52,667 bases of DNA from Candidatus Nanohaloarchaea archaeon (GTDB lineage: Archaea > Nanohalarchaeota > Nanosalinia > Nanosalinales > Nanosalinaceae), in the NCBI GenBank assembly GCA_042217695.1, contig JBDGSE010000036.1:1-52667 (forward strand), written 5' to 3'. Under the pieces are notes generated by a model. It searched no databases. It was not told the DNA's origin and worked only from the letters and a program-made list of their open reading frames with translations. Within the stretch, counting starts at the first letter, position 1; each line of letters begins with the position of its first letter. This document shows, piece after piece, positions 38,686-48,770 of this stretch. The position numbers were made by a program, and so were the translations under genes.

Positions 38686-39294
38686 ATGCCAGAGTTCTAC
38701 GACCTCTGCCTGAAAGAGGATTCCTCAGAAGTATGCGGACTGGCAGAGGAACTCGGCTGGACCTCGCCGTGCGAGATCGATACGGTATTTCTTGAAGCAG
38801 GGGACTGGGGAGAACTGAAGAAGAAGATAAAACGGGAGAGGGAGGAAGCTGACGTACTCGTGTTCCTGGGAGGCGACGAGGAGCTCAACAGGAAGGCTGC
38901 CTCAGATTCCCGTGTCGACGTGCTTCTGCACCCTGAACGCGGCAGAAAGGACTCCGGAATCAACCACGTGGTGGCGAAGGAGGCCGCCGAGAACAATGTG
39001 GCGATCGGGTTCGACTTCTCGAGGCTGCTCAGTGACAGCAAGGCGAAAACCCATGTGCTGTCGCACTGGCGCCGCAACCTGAAACTATGTGAGAAGTACG
39101 GCGTCGAATACGTCCTGACGACAGGAGCTGAAGAAAGATATGGTTTGAGAGCTCCCAGGGATATCGCGGCCGTGATAGACTCCCTGGGGTACAACGGTTT
39201 CCAGGCGGTCTCCGAAAACCCGCAGAAGATACTTGAAAGGGTAAGGGAGAGGAAAGACGACGACTTCGTCATGCCAGGGGTGAAGAAGAGATGA
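38686..39294 (+). CDS. rnp3: RNase P protein subunit Rpp30
   Basis: NRKAA....VDVLLHP, INHVVAKEAAENNVAI, LRAPRD; conserved synteny after rpl15e. Confidence 0.92.
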   Translation: MPEFYDLCLKEDSSEVCGLAEELGWTSPCEIDTVFLEAGDWGELKKKIKREREEADVLVFLGGDEELNRKAASDSRVDVLLHPERGRKDSGINHVVAKEAAENNVAIGFDFSRLLSDSKAKTHVLSHWRRNLKLCEKYGVEYVLTTGAEERYGLRAPRDIAAVIDSLGYNGFQAVSENPQKILERVRERKDDDFVMPGVKKR

Positions 39295-39614
39295 AGCCGC
39301 TGCCACCTTCCCTCCGGGAGAATGAGAGATACCTGAGGTTCAAGGTACACTCCGGGGAGCCTGTCCAGTTCGGCGACCTGGTTGACGCCGTCTGGGACGC
39401 GGTTCTCGGATATCTCGGAGCCAGGGATGCGAGCCAGGCCAACATCTGGATAGTCAAGAACCGGTTCGACCACGACTCCCAGAGAGGGGTCATAAAATTT
39501 GATCGTGAGACACAGGAGGATGTAAGAGCAGCTCTGTCCCAGCTAACAGCTGTAAAAGGCCAGGAGTGCTTCCTGGAAGTGGAGAAAATCTCGGGAAGTA
39601 TAGATAAACTTTAA
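39291..39614 (+). CDS. rnp2: RNase P protein subunit Pop5/Rpp14
   Basis: MKPLPPSLRE..RY, ISGSI. Confidence 0.92.
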   Translation: MKPLPPSLRENERYLRFKVHSGEPVQFGDLVDAVWDAVLGYLGARDASQANIWIVKNRFDHDSQRGVIKFDRETQEDVRAALSQLTAVKGQECFLEVEKISGSIDKL

Positions 39615-39620
39615 AACTTT

Positions 39621-39884
39621 TTATCCGGTGGTAAGGTTCGCTATATCGCTCCAGCCCTTGATTGAGGCCTTGTAAAGCGAGTAAAGACCAGATATGGATT
39701 GTCTGAGAAGCCCTGGGTCTTCTGGCCGGTCTCTGTGTTGCGATATCTGTTCCGGAGATTTACTGTCGTCTCTGTCTCCCAGAGAGGTTTTTTGGATATC
39801 TCCGAAGTTCACAAACACAAACGCTAAAGCTAATAGAATCATGAAACCTGCCAGAAGAACCAGCTGCCTCTGTTTCTCGTTCAT
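39621..39884 (-). CDS. Small membrane-anchored hypothetical protein
   Basis: N-terminal TM; fills the intergenic gap. Confidence 0.55.
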   Translation of the reverse strand: MNEKQRQLVLLAGFMILLALAFVFVNFGDIQKTSLGDRDDSKSPEQISQHRDRPEDPGLLRQSISGLYSLYKASIKGWSDIANLTTG

Positions 39885-40056
39885 CGATGTCCAGTACCTG
39901 TTTAACGCCCGATGGACGTTTTAAAACACGTACACCGGGACTTATTCTCCCCTGTTCAATATAATGCGAAGACCATTATTTAAAAGAGTTCATTTTTAAA
40001 CCAGTTATAAACTATTTAAATGGCCCTTGCCCTGGGGCGTTCAAATAGGTGAGAAC

Positions 40057-40608
40057 ATGGTCAAAGACGAAGACATCAAGATCCAAAACGTGGTTGCATC
40101 CGCAACCTTCGACAGACGACTCCCACTAGATAGAATCGCTATCTACCTGGAAAACACGGAGTACGAGCCGGAGCAGTTCCCTGGCCTCGTGTATAGACTC
40201 GAGGAACCCAAGGCGGCCGCGCTCCTGTTCGGCTCCGGAAAGATTGTCTGTACAGGCACGCAGTCGCCTGAACAGGCGAAGGAAGCCACTCACAAGATCA
40301 TCGACGAGTTGAAAGAGGCCGACGTAGAGATCGGCAACAAGCCAGAGATAACGGTTCAGAACATCGTGGCGTCCTCAGAACTTCCGGGAACACTGAACCT
40401 CAACCGCATCGCTTTCGAGCTTGTGGGTACCGAGTACGAGCCGGAGCAGTTCCCTGGCCTCGTGTATAGACTCGAGGAACCCAAGGTGGTGTTCCTGCTC
40501 TTCTCCTCCGGCAACCTTGTCTGTACCGGTGGAAAGACCTACGAGGACGTGAAGGAAGGCATCGAGAAGCTGGAAGAAAACCTCGAGGATATAGGAGCTC
40601 TCAACTAG
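40057..40608 (+). CDS. tbp: TATA-box binding protein
   Basis: Two repeats NVVAS/NIVAS ... YEPEQFPGLVYR ... SG..VCTG; AGGTGAG SD before ATG 40057. Confidence 0.98.
   Translation: MVKDEDIKIQNVVASATFDRRLPLDRIAIYLENTEYEPEQFPGLVYRLEEPKAAALLFGSGKIVCTGTQSPEQAKEATHKIIDELKEADVEIGNKPEITVQNIVASSELPGTLNLNRIAFELVGTEYEPEQFPGLVYRLEEPKVVFLLFSSGNLVCTGGKTYEDVKEGIEKLEENLEDIGALN
40159..40486 (+). repeat. Perfect 55-nt direct repeat (40159-40213 and 40432-40486) within tbp
   Basis: GAGTACGAGCCGGAGCAGTTCCCTGGCCTCGTGTATAGACTCGAGGAACCCAAGG occurs twice identically. Confidence 0.95.
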
Positions 40609-40632
40609 CCTTCCTCACATATTTCTCTTTAT

Positions 40633-41082
40633 TTATTCGAAATACTCGATAGCTTCCCTGGCAGTGTATCTGACGTTCTCGGGGACACCGCCCTCATCCA
40701 GTTCATCCTTTGAGAACCATCTCGTGCCGTCGTGTTCGTGGGCGTGAGAGGCCTCGCCCTCTTCTTTTACCCGGGCCAGGAACTGGAAGTCGCAGTGGTA
40801 GTGATCCTCGCGTATCGGGTGAAGGTTGACGTTGAACGGTTCATGGAGATTTACAGAGCTGTCGAGTTCCTCTCTTTCCCCGACGAGTTCCACCTCCACC
40901 CCGGTTTCCTCCCGGGCCTCCCGTCTCGCGGTCTCGTCCGGGGTCTCCCCGGGCTCGATGTGTCCGCCGGGCTGGAGCCAGAGCCCCAGTTTTGAATGCT
41001 TCAGGAGCAGGACCTCGCCTTCCTGGACTATGAACGTCCCCGCGACAAAGTCCCGATCGGCCTCTTCCGGGATCAATCCCAT
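40633..41082 (-). CDS. NUDIX hydrolase
   Basis: PGGHIEPGE...ETARREAREETG Nudix box. Confidence 0.93.
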   Translation of the reverse strand: MGLIPEEADRDFVAGTFIVQEGEVLLLKHSKLGLWLQPGGHIEPGETPDETARREAREETGVEVELVGEREELDSSVNLHEPFNVNLHPIREDHYHCDFQFLARVKEEGEASHAHEHDGTRWFSKDELDEGGVPENVRYTAREAIEYFE

Positions 41083-41372
41083 TTTATCTCGCTGACCGTC
41101 TCCTCGATTTTCTCCGCCATCTCGAAGTCCTTCCCGGTTATGCCGTCGGCCTCGTGAGACCACAGGTCGATGGAGACGGCGCCGTACTCCACCCTGACCT
41201 CGGGGTGGTGGAACTCCTTCTCCGCCAGTGAGAACACAGCGTTTGCAAAGAAAACAGCGTCCCGGTAGTTCTCGAACTCTACCCGGGTTGCAAGCCTGTC
41301 GCCTGTACGGCTCCAGATTTTCAGGTCTTCAAGCCTCCGCTCGATTTCATCATCTCCAAGTTTTTCCGCCAT
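41073..41372 (-). CDS. Pterin-4-alpha-carbinolamine dehydratase
   Basis: AE..FHHP, L.SH...GIT.KDF..A. Confidence 0.9.
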   Translation of the reverse strand: MAEKLGDDEIERRLEDLKIWSRTGDRLATRVEFENYRDAVFFANAVFSLAEKEFHHPEVRVEYGAVSIDLWSHEADGITGKDFEMAEKIEETVSEIKWD

Positions 41373-41435
41373 GTTTTCTCATCCCGTCCGAGCCTTTTCA
41401 CTTTTATCACTTTTCGCCCACCAATCATATACTGT

Positions 41436-43427
41436 ATGGACTACGGGGAGGCGGTCACGGAGTTTGAAGAATTTTTCTCTGATGAGTACTACGAGGACGT
41501 CGCTGAGGCAGTGCAGAACGGTGAAGAATCTATAATAGTGGATTTCCATGAGATGGATGTTTTCAACCCGGAGCTGAGCGAGTTCCTCCGTGAGAACCCG
41601 TGGGATGCCGAGGAAGCCGCCGCGGAAGGTGTGCTGGGCGTAGATATCGTGCCCGACGAGGAGTTCCAGGTCCGGTTCACCAACATGCCGGAGGAGGACT
41701 TCGTTCTTTTACGCAACCTGCGTTCGAAACACCTGAACAGGTTCATCCCTGTCGAGGGAATGATAAAACGCGCCTCCCAGGTGAAGCCAGAGGTGGTGTC
41801 CGCGGTGTTCGAGTGCTCGCAGTGCGGTGACCGCTACGAGAAGGAACAGGATTCCTCCAAGCTGAAGAGCCCGTACAAGTGCGAATGCGGCTCCCGGAAC
41901 TTCGATGTCGTGGAAAAGATAATGACCGATACCCAGATGATCACCCTGGAAGAGAACCCAGAGTCCCGGGAAGGCTCCGAGCAGCCGTCCTCACTTTCGG
42001 TCAGGCTGGAGGGCGACCTCGTGGACCCGGACTTCCAGAAGAAAGTGGTCCCGGGAAACGTCGTGGAGGTGACCGGCGTCCTCCAGGAGAGACCGATGAA
42101 GAAGAACTCGAAGAAATACGACATATACATGGAGGCCAACTATCTCGAACCGACGCAGCAGGAGTTCGAACAGCTGGTACTTACCCCCCAGGAAAAGGAG
42201 AAGATAGAGGGCATGGCCGAGGAAGACGAGATATTTGAAAAGATAATAAGCTCGATGGCGCCCAGTATCTACGGCCACGAACGTATCAAGGAGGCCATCG
42301 CACTCCAGATGTTCGGCGGTGTCCGGAAAACGCGGGAGGACGGAGTAGAGTCCAGGGGCGACATCCACATACTGCTTATAGGTGAGCCAGGGACCGGTAA
42401 GTCCCAGCTGCTGAAGTTCACCGGAGAACTCGCGCCTAAAGGACGCTACGTCGTTGGTAAATCATCCACGGGAGCAGGTCTTACCGCCGCAGTCGTCCGT
42501 GACGAGAACACCGGAGAGTTCTCTCTGGAGGCGGGGGCCGTCGTACTGGCGAACAAGGGGCTGGCCGCGGTCGACGAGATAGACAAGATGGCCAGCGAGG
42601 ACCGTTCCTCCCTGCACGAGGCGATGGAACAGCAGCAGATATCGGTGTCGAAGGCCAATATCCAGGCCACCCTGAACGCGCAGACATCGATACTCGCGGC
42701 AGGCAACCCCAAACTAGGGCGTTTCGACCCCTACGAACCTATCCCGGAGCAGATAAACATCGGAGACACATTGCTCTCCAGGTTCGACTTCATCTTCCCT
42801 GTGATGGACGAACCAGACGAAGAGAAGGACAAGGAGCTGGCCTCGAAGATACTTTCGAACCACCGCGAACCGGAGGAGACGGTGGGCGACATCTCCCAGG
42901 ACCTTCTCAGGAAGTACGTGGCCTACGCCAAGAAGAACTACAATCCGCAGCTCACGGAGGAGGCCTCTGAAAAGATACAGGACTTCTACGTCAGCATGCG
43001 AGAAAAGGGTTCGGACGAGGAAGGCGGAAGCGTACCTATAACTGCGAGACAGCTGGAAGCCATGATACGTATATCCGAGGCATCTGCCCGCGCCCACCTC
43101 AGGGAGAAGGTCTCCCTGGAAGACGCGGAACGGGCTATCGACCTGCTCACCTACACCCTGAAACTGGTAGGTACCGATCCCGAAACAGGAGAGTTCGACA
43201 TCGACATAATAGAGTCAGGAGTATCGTCTTCACAGCGCAACCGTCTACAGACCATCAAACACATCATCGAATCCGTGGCCGACGGAGATGCCGCGGAGAT
43301 AGAAGAGGTCCTCGAGAAGGCGGATGACGAGGGGATCAGTCAGGACAAGGCCGAAGAGATAATAAGCAAGCTGAAACGTGACGGCGAACTGTTCGAGCCG
43401 AAACAGGGCTACGTCCAGAAGATCTGA
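41436..43427 (+). CDS. mcm: MCM replicative helicase
   Basis: C4 Zn finger, GEPGTGKSQ, DEIDKM, LLSRFD, ITARQLE, C-terminal wHTH; no intein. Confidence 0.98.
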   Translation: MDYGEAVTEFEEFFSDEYYEDVAEAVQNGEESIIVDFHEMDVFNPELSEFLRENPWDAEEAAAEGVLGVDIVPDEEFQVRFTNMPEEDFVLLRNLRSKHLNRFIPVEGMIKRASQVKPEVVSAVFECSQCGDRYEKEQDSSKLKSPYKCECGSRNFDVVEKIMTDTQMITLEENPESREGSEQPSSLSVRLEGDLVDPDFQKKVVPGNVVEVTGVLQERPMKKNSKKYDIYMEANYLEPTQQEFEQLVLTPQEKEKIEGMAEEDEIFEKIISSMAPSIYGHERIKEAIALQMFGGVRKTREDGVESRGDIHILLIGEPGTGKSQLLKFTGELAPKGRYVVGKSSTGAGLTAAVVRDENTGEFSLEAGAVVLANKGLAAVDEIDKMASEDRSSLHEAMEQQQISVSKANIQATLNAQTSILAAGNPKLGRFDPYEPIPEQINIGDTLLSRFDFIFPVMDEPDEEKDKELASKILSNHREPEETVGDISQDLLRKYVAYAKKNYNPQLTEEASEKIQDFYVSMREKGSDEEGGSVPITARQLEAMIRISEASARAHLREKVSLEDAERAIDLLTYTLKLVGTDPETGEFDIDIIESGVSSSQRNRLQTIKHIIESVADGDAAEIEEVLEKADDEGISQDKAEEIISKLKRDGELFEPKQGYVQKI

Positions 43428-43477
43428 GGCCGGTCTCTGTGGGACTTTTTTATAGAACCAGAAGGAAAGCATCTGGT

Positions 43478-44041
43478 ATGAAGGCCGTTCATGCTGTCCT
43501 GGCTGCATCCCTGTTCCTGGTTCTACCGATGGCGTCCGCGGCCAGCATGGACCTGGTATCTCTCCAGGACTCACCCCTTGAGAAAGGGGAATCTGTGACG
43601 CTGGAACTCAGGGCATCGGGAGAAGACATAGCAGGCTACAGCGCCAGGATCGTCTTCAACGGAACCCGGTTGAACTATCTCAACGCCAGCGGCACCGCCT
43701 CGTTCCCCGACCCCGTGGTGAACAGCCAGTCAGACAGCATAATATTTACGGCCTCGAAGGCCACAGGCACGAACGACCCGGTGCTGGCAAGACTGGTGTT
43801 TGAGGTCGCGGGTGATGGTCAGGCCCACGCAGCGCTGAACATCACGAGGGCATCACTGAACACTCCTTCAAGAGGGATAGAACAGGTCGAGTTCAGCGGA
43901 ACCCTGGTAGAAATCCAGGCAGAGCCAGGGAAGGGAAGTCCTGCAGAGAACCAGCAGGAGGGGGAGAACAACTCCACAGGGCCGTCTGGCAACATACTGG
44001 ATAGAGTTATAGGCCTGTTGAGCAATCTTTTCGGTTTCTAG
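43478..44041 (+). CDS. Secreted cohesin-like beta-sandwich protein
   Basis: Signal peptide; V.L.L......IAGY...I.F....L pattern and LARLVFEV; amphipathic C-terminal tail. Confidence 0.65.
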   Translation: MKAVHAVLAASLFLVLPMASAASMDLVSLQDSPLEKGESVTLELRASGEDIAGYSARIVFNGTRLNYLNASGTASFPDPVVNSQSDSIIFTASKATGTNDPVLARLVFEVAGDGQAHAALNITRASLNTPSRGIEQVEFSGTLVEIQAEPGKGSPAENQQEGENNSTGPSGNILDRVIGLLSNLFGF

Positions 44042-44089
44042 CGGAAGATAATCGCAACCTACTAAAGAGTTTTACCTTATCATTTTAAC

Positions 44090-44833
44090 ATGCCACAGCA
44101 GAAAAGGCAGACTGCAAAACTTACCAACACAGAGGAACTTAACTCGGGTAAATACTTTCAGAGAGAAGGTTTCGAGCCGAATTTTCTGCTTACGCCCGAG
44201 GGAAGGAGGCTTTCCCGCGCCCGTTTCGTGGGGACTGTAGTTGACACGTTTGTAAACGATGACGAGACTTACGGCTCGCTGACGTTCGACGACGGCCGTG
44301 ACACGGTACAGGTGAAGTTCTTCAACGAGATAGCGAGGATGCAGGAGTTCGATATCGGTGATATAGTCGAGGTCGTTGGAAAGGTCCGGGAGTACCAGGG
44401 ACAGATATACCTGGATGCAGAGATACTGAAGAGCCGCTCCGTGGAAAAAGAGCTGTTACACCAGTTAAAGTACAGGAAATCTGAGGAGGAGTGGAAACAG
44501 ATACGGGAGACAGTCCGGCAGCTGAAGGAGTCCGGAAAGGACCAGGAGGAGATCGAGAAGGAGATGGCCGGCAAACTTGAGGAGGAAGAGGTCGATGCAC
44601 TTCTGCAGAGCTTCGGGGAAAGCTTCTCGTCCGAGGAGATTGAGGACGTGGAGAACCTGGAACGCGATGTCCTTGACGCTGTGGAGAAACTCGACGAGGG
44701 CGACGGCGCCGACTACTCGGATATAGTCGATGAACTGGACGAGCCGGAGGACGCGCTCGAGGACACGATAAACTCGCTTCTATCCGAGGGAACGTGCTAC
44801 GAGCCGCAGCCCGGCAAGATAAAGAAGCTTTGA
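44090..44833 (+). CDS. RPA2-like OB-fold protein with C-terminal winged helix
   Basis: SRARFVGTVV, DDG...V, V.VVGKVREY; LL.EG.CYEP.PG. Confidence 0.85.
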   Translation: MPQQKRQTAKLTNTEELNSGKYFQREGFEPNFLLTPEGRRLSRARFVGTVVDTFVNDDETYGSLTFDDGRDTVQVKFFNEIARMQEFDIGDIVEVVGKVREYQGQIYLDAEILKSRSVEKELLHQLKYRKSEEEWKQIRETVRQLKESGKDQEEIEKEMAGKLEEEEVDALLQSFGESFSSEEIEDVENLERDVLDAVEKLDEGDGADYSDIVDELDEPEDALEDTINSLLSEGTCYEPQPGKIKKL

Positions 44834-44834
44834 G

Positions 44835-45239
44835 GTGACGGAAATGGACTACGACGAGATGCTGGAAAAGGGACAGGAAGAGGTACCGGAAGACATGGGT
44901 TCTGAGGAAAGGTTCGACATACCGGACCCGGAGACGAGAAAGGAGGGTTCCCGCACGATACTGGAGAACTTCTCCGAGATCGCGGACGTCTTTGGCAGAG
45001 AGGAGAGCCATCTCTCGAAATACATACAGAACGAGCTCGGTACCGCTGGCCACATCGAAAACGGAGAACTGGTGCTCAACGGAGAGTTCCGCCGCGGCCA
45101 GATAAAGGGCCGTATCCACCAGTACGCCGACGAATACGTTTTCTGCCCTGAATGCGAACGCCCGGATACAGAGATCGTAAAGGAGAAGGGCGTGGAGATA
45201 ATGAAGTGTCAGGCCTGCGGCGCCAGGACCTCTCTCTGA
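44835..45239 (+). CDS. eif2b: Translation initiation factor aIF2 beta
   Basis: ERF.IP, NF.EIA....R, ELGTAG, YV.CPEC..PDT, CQACGA. Confidence 0.96.
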   Translation: MTEMDYDEMLEKGQEEVPEDMGSEERFDIPDPETRKEGSRTILENFSEIADVFGREESHLSKYIQNELGTAGHIENGELVLNGEFRRGQIKGRIHQYADEYVFCPECERPDTEIVKEKGVEIMKCQACGARTSL

Positions 45240-45289
45240 GTCGAGAGAATTTAAATAGCCTTTTCGGTAAAAACTATTTGTGGTATCTG

Positions 45290-45568
45290 ATGGCGGGAGA
45301 GAGATTCTATACCAGGGCCGCCCGTGAAATCGTGGACAAATATGAAAGCGTGATAGGGGAGGCCGCTGAAGGCATAGCAAAGAAAAATGATAACGTCGAA
45401 TTCGAGGATGGCGAAGTAAAGAGCTTCGATGGAGGTGCCGAGGAACTGGACGGACTGGTGCAGGAATACGTGGATACCGTCGGTGACGTGGCCCTGCGAC
45501 TCGCCCAGCAGGTCCTGAACGGCATGGAGGGTGCCGGGGAAGCTGATCTACCCGACCGGCTCGCCTGA
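45290..45568 (+). CDS. Hypothetical protein
   Basis: 92-aa acidic ORF after AT-rich promoter-like region. Confidence 0.65.
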   Translation: MAGERFYTRAAREIVDKYESVIGEAAEGIAKKNDNVEFEDGEVKSFDGGAEELDGLVQEYVDTVGDVALRLAQQVLNGMEGAGEADLPDRLA

Positions 45569-45679
45569 ACCCTGTTATCCCGCTTTCCGCGGCACTGATT
45601 CTCGAAACCGAACTCTTCTCAACTGGCTGCAGAGGGTTTAAAGGGTTAAGGGAGGAACAAGTAGTTACAGGTGTTTAAT

Positions 45680-45889
45680 ATGGCAGAAGAAGTAGACACG
45701 CAACAGGCACTCCAGATCTTTGAGAGAAGGCTGAACGACATCCAGCTTACAGTTCACGCCCTGCTTTCAGTACTCGAGGAAAAAGACATGGTTGATCAGG
45801 ATACCATCAACGACAAGGCACAGGAAATAGTTGAGGAGATCGAGGAACAGCAGGACCAGCCAGGAGATCTGGAAGACCAGCTTGAATAA
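45680..45889 (+). CDS. Small helical hypothetical protein
   Basis: AGGTG SD and TTTAAA box upstream; ALLSVLEEK.MV pattern. Confidence 0.7.
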   Translation: MAEEVDTQQALQIFERRLNDIQLTVHALLSVLEEKDMVDQDTINDKAQEIVEEIEEQQDQPGDLEDQLE

Positions 45890-45907
45890 AAACCTCTTGA
45901 GGGGCCA

Positions 45908-46585
45908 TCACCCTTCCGGGTCCCTGTCCCCCGTTACAAATTCTTCATAGTACCGGCATCCCTCTTTCAGAACACAGTTCTCGCAGTCCGGGTTTCTGGC
46001 GGTACATGTCTCCCGGCCGTGTGTTATCAGGAGCCGGTGGAACTCGTATTTTATCCCGTCAGGAACCTTTTCCTCCAGGATGTCATGGGCTTTCTCGCGG
46101 GAAGCGTTCTCCGGCACCAGTCCCAGCCGTTTCGAGACCCGGTGGACATGGGTGTCGACCGGTATCACGGGTTTCCCGAAGTGGAAACAGAGTATTATTG
46201 CGGCGGTCTTCGGGCCGACACCCGGGAGCTTTGTCAGCCACTTCTTGGCCTCATCTATCTCCAGATCCTCTATAAATTCTAGCGTGTAATCTCCCCGTTC
46301 CTCCCTGATTATCTGCAGCGATTCCTGGATACGTTTCGCCTTGGTGGGGCCGAGACCTGCCGTGCTTATGGTCTCGGCCAGCCGTTCACGGTCGGCGTTC
46401 TCCACCTCCCGGTAGGAGTCGAACTCGTCCTTGAACTGCTGGAAAGCCCGGTCCCGGTTCACGTCGTTGGTGTTCTGCGATAGTACTGTCTCGATCAGGT
46501 AGTCCATCCCGGACTGCTCCTGAGGTCTCTCGGGTTCGCCGTATTCCTCCTTCAGTCTGTCGTTCAGCTCTTTGATGCGATTCAT
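45908..46585 (-). CDS. nth: Endonuclease III (HhH-GPD glycosylase with 4Fe-4S)
   Basis: LSQNTND, LPGVGPKTA, VDTHV.R, CTARNPDCENCVLKEGC. Confidence 0.95.
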   Translation of the reverse strand: MNRIKELNDRLKEEYGEPERPQEQSGMDYLIETVLSQNTNDVNRDRAFQQFKDEFDSYREVENADRERLAETISTAGLGPTKAKRIQESLQIIREERGDYTLEFIEDLEIDEAKKWLTKLPGVGPKTAAIILCFHFGKPVIPVDTHVHRVSKRLGLVPENASREKAHDILEEKVPDGIKYEFHRLLITHGRETCTARNPDCENCVLKEGCRYYEEFVTGDRDPEG

Positions 46586-47445
46586 CGTTCCGCCTTCTGG
46601 AAGCTGTAGAGTTTTTCGGGTGCTTTCCTGTGGGGGTCGAAACCTCCAAGATGGGTGCCGGGCAACTCCTTGCAGAGCCTTTCCTCGCCCAGCAGTAGAG
46701 GGTCTTCGTGGTCCTCGAGGGCAGCCCTCACCTCCTCCAGATGGTTCTCTACCTGTTCCTCTCTCTTCCGTTCGAACCGTGACTGGGAGTAACCGCCCTG
46801 CGAATGCTTGTGTTCTATCCTGGATTTGATGTGGTCGAGTTCCTCCACCCGGCCGCCCTCCTCTCTGTATATCTTTGTATCGCCGGCAGAGACCAGGACC
46901 CAGATCTTCTGCTCCTCGATGAACTCCCTGATTGTGGAGGTATCGAAACCTGTGTCAAGGCTCCATTCAGGGCTGTAGAATACCCTTGTCTTTAGCCTGA
47001 TGTCCGGGAGCTGCGAGTCGAAGAAGTACACTCCCGGCGACTCCTGGAGGAAAGCCAGTTGCTCCCCTGTTATAGAGTTTTTCAGGCCCTGGAGGTCTCC
47101 TATCTCATCCACGGATTCTCCCCGGTAAACCGTCACCATGTCCCTCTCCCCGGACTGGATGGATCCCAGCTTCCGGACCAGCTGGAGGGCTTCCTCGAAC
47201 CCCAGTTCTTCAGGGGACGTTCCGTCTTCATCTTCTTCATCGTCCTCGTCGTCTTCCAGTGTACGCAGTCTGTCTTTCAGCCTGTTCAGCTCTTCTTCCG
47301 CCTCCTGCTTCTTCCGCGAGAGTTCCTGTCGCCGTTCGGACTCTGCCTCGTACCTCTCCTTCCAGGACTCGATTTCTTCTTCCAGTTTCTGTACCTGTTG
47401 CCGCAGCCGTTCCTTTTCCTCGTCCTCTTCCCAGGGCCAGTCCAT
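46582..47445 (-). CDS. Vms1/ANKZF1-like (aVLRF1) release factor with N-terminal coiled coil
   Basis: KHSQGGYSQSRFERKREEQ motif. Confidence 0.85.
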   Translation of the reverse strand: MDWPWEEDEEKERLRQQVQKLEEEIESWKERYEAESERRQELSRKKQEAEEELNRLKDRLRTLEDDEDDEEDEDGTSPEELGFEEALQLVRKLGSIQSGERDMVTVYRGESVDEIGDLQGLKNSITGEQLAFLQESPGVYFFDSQLPDIRLKTRVFYSPEWSLDTGFDTSTIREFIEEQKIWVLVSAGDTKIYREEGGRVEELDHIKSRIEHKHSQGGYSQSRFERKREEQVENHLEEVRAALEDHEDPLLLGEERLCKELPGTHLGGFDPHRKAPEKLYSFQKAER

Positions 47446-47534
47446 ACCCCTGTTTTGGGTTTGAAAGTTTAAATTGTGGCGAGAAACAGGAAACCTTTTA
47501 AGTTTCATTTAAATACAGTGAATTAGTGGTTTAG

Positions 47535-47831
47535 ATGCCGAAGATGACGGTTGAGGAACTGGAAGCCGATTCTGACAATGTCGAAATCGATGGCAAGATA
47601 AAAGAACTGCCCACTCCGCGAGCTGTTTCAACCCAGTACGGGCAGAAGAAGATCACTACAGCGGTGTTCGAGGACGACACCGGCGAGATCGATCTCACGC
47701 TCTGGGAGGAAGAGATCGAGGAGGTAGAAGAGGACGCGGAAGTACACATCGAGGGAGCCTACGTTAGAGAGTGGGCCGACGACATCCAGCTCAACATAGG
47801 AAGGGAAGGAACCATAGAGAAGACCGAGTAA
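47535..47831 (+). CDS. ssb: Single OB-fold ssDNA-binding protein
   Basis: DDTGEI.LTLW, AYV.EW....QLNIGREG. Confidence 0.9.
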   Translation: MPKMTVEELEADSDNVEIDGKIKELPTPRAVSTQYGQKKITTAVFEDDTGEIDLTLWEEEIEEVEEDAEVHIEGAYVREWADDIQLNIGREGTIEKTE

Positions 47832-48025
47832 ACCTGTTTCTATCTTATCTTTCTGTGCGGACAGCGCTACAGCCAGGAGACCCATGTGTTGTAACTTTCC
47901 AATAATAACGCCGGGTGCGGGCGCCTGGAGAGGATCGAGCAGATACGCCGGCCCGTGAACTGTACGGGTTAGAACGGGAAGAAAGTTTAAGCTCGCCCCA
48001 GAAATATCTTACACGGAGGGGGCGG

Positions 48026-48727
48026 ATGGAGGACACAAAATACTTCTCGTCAAGGAGTGCACGGAGAGACTTCGTCATCCGCGCATCACTGGTTACAGCA
48101 GTTCTGCTGGCGTTTACAGCAGTGATAAAGCTCAGATTCGGCTTTCTTTTGAACCCGGAGGAGGCCCGGAACTGGGTGGCCGAATTCGGCTTCTACGCGC
48201 CCCTGGTATTCGTACTGGTACAGACAGTACAGGTGATACTGGCCCCGATACCCGGGCAGATAACTGCTGTGGCCTCCGGATATCTCTTCGGGGTCTGGAA
48301 GGGCACTCTCTACAGCATGGTGGGTATCGCATTCGGGAGCCTGATCGCGTTCCAGCTCTCGCGGATGTACGGCAGACCGTATGTGGAGAGGGTACTCGAT
48401 GACCGGGTTATAGATGATTTCCACAGATTCGCCCAGGAAAGAGGGGAGCTTGCGCTGTTCGTAATCTTTCTAGTGCCGGGTCTTCCCGATGACGCCATAT
48501 GCTTCCTCGCAGGCCTGACAGATATCGATGCCCGCAAATTCCTGACCGTGCTGCTGGTAGCGAGAACACCCAGCTTTTTCCTTTCAAGCCTTGCAGGCTC
48601 CAGCCTTGCGACCTCCAGGGTAAAACTTGGTTTCGCAATCCTTGTCGTGGGTGCCATGGTTTCGCTCGCCTTCTACCGCTGGAGAGAGGTCCTGGGAGAG
48701 TACTACCGGGTGCCCGGCGACAGATGA
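48026..48727 (+). CDS. DedA/VTT (TVP38/TMEM64) family membrane protein
   Basis: QVILAPIPG, GYLFG, LVPGLPDD.IC..AGLT. Confidence 0.92.
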   Translation: MEDTKYFSSRSARRDFVIRASLVTAVLLAFTAVIKLRFGFLLNPEEARNWVAEFGFYAPLVFVLVQTVQVILAPIPGQITAVASGYLFGVWKGTLYSMVGIAFGSLIAFQLSRMYGRPYVERVLDDRVIDDFHRFAQERGELALFVIFLVPGLPDDAICFLAGLTDIDARKFLTVLLVARTPSFFLSSLAGSSLATSRVKLGFAILVVGAMVSLAFYRWREVLGEYYRVPGDR

Positions 48728-48770
48728 GGAATCTAAAGGTTTTTCAAGTTGGACTCCGCTCCAGAAACTG

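Noticed and set aside
47885..47905. Minus-strand GGAAAGTT as RNase P RNA CR-I
   Set aside because: Lacks the GAGGAAAGUCC context and a complementary CR-V to form P4; region too short
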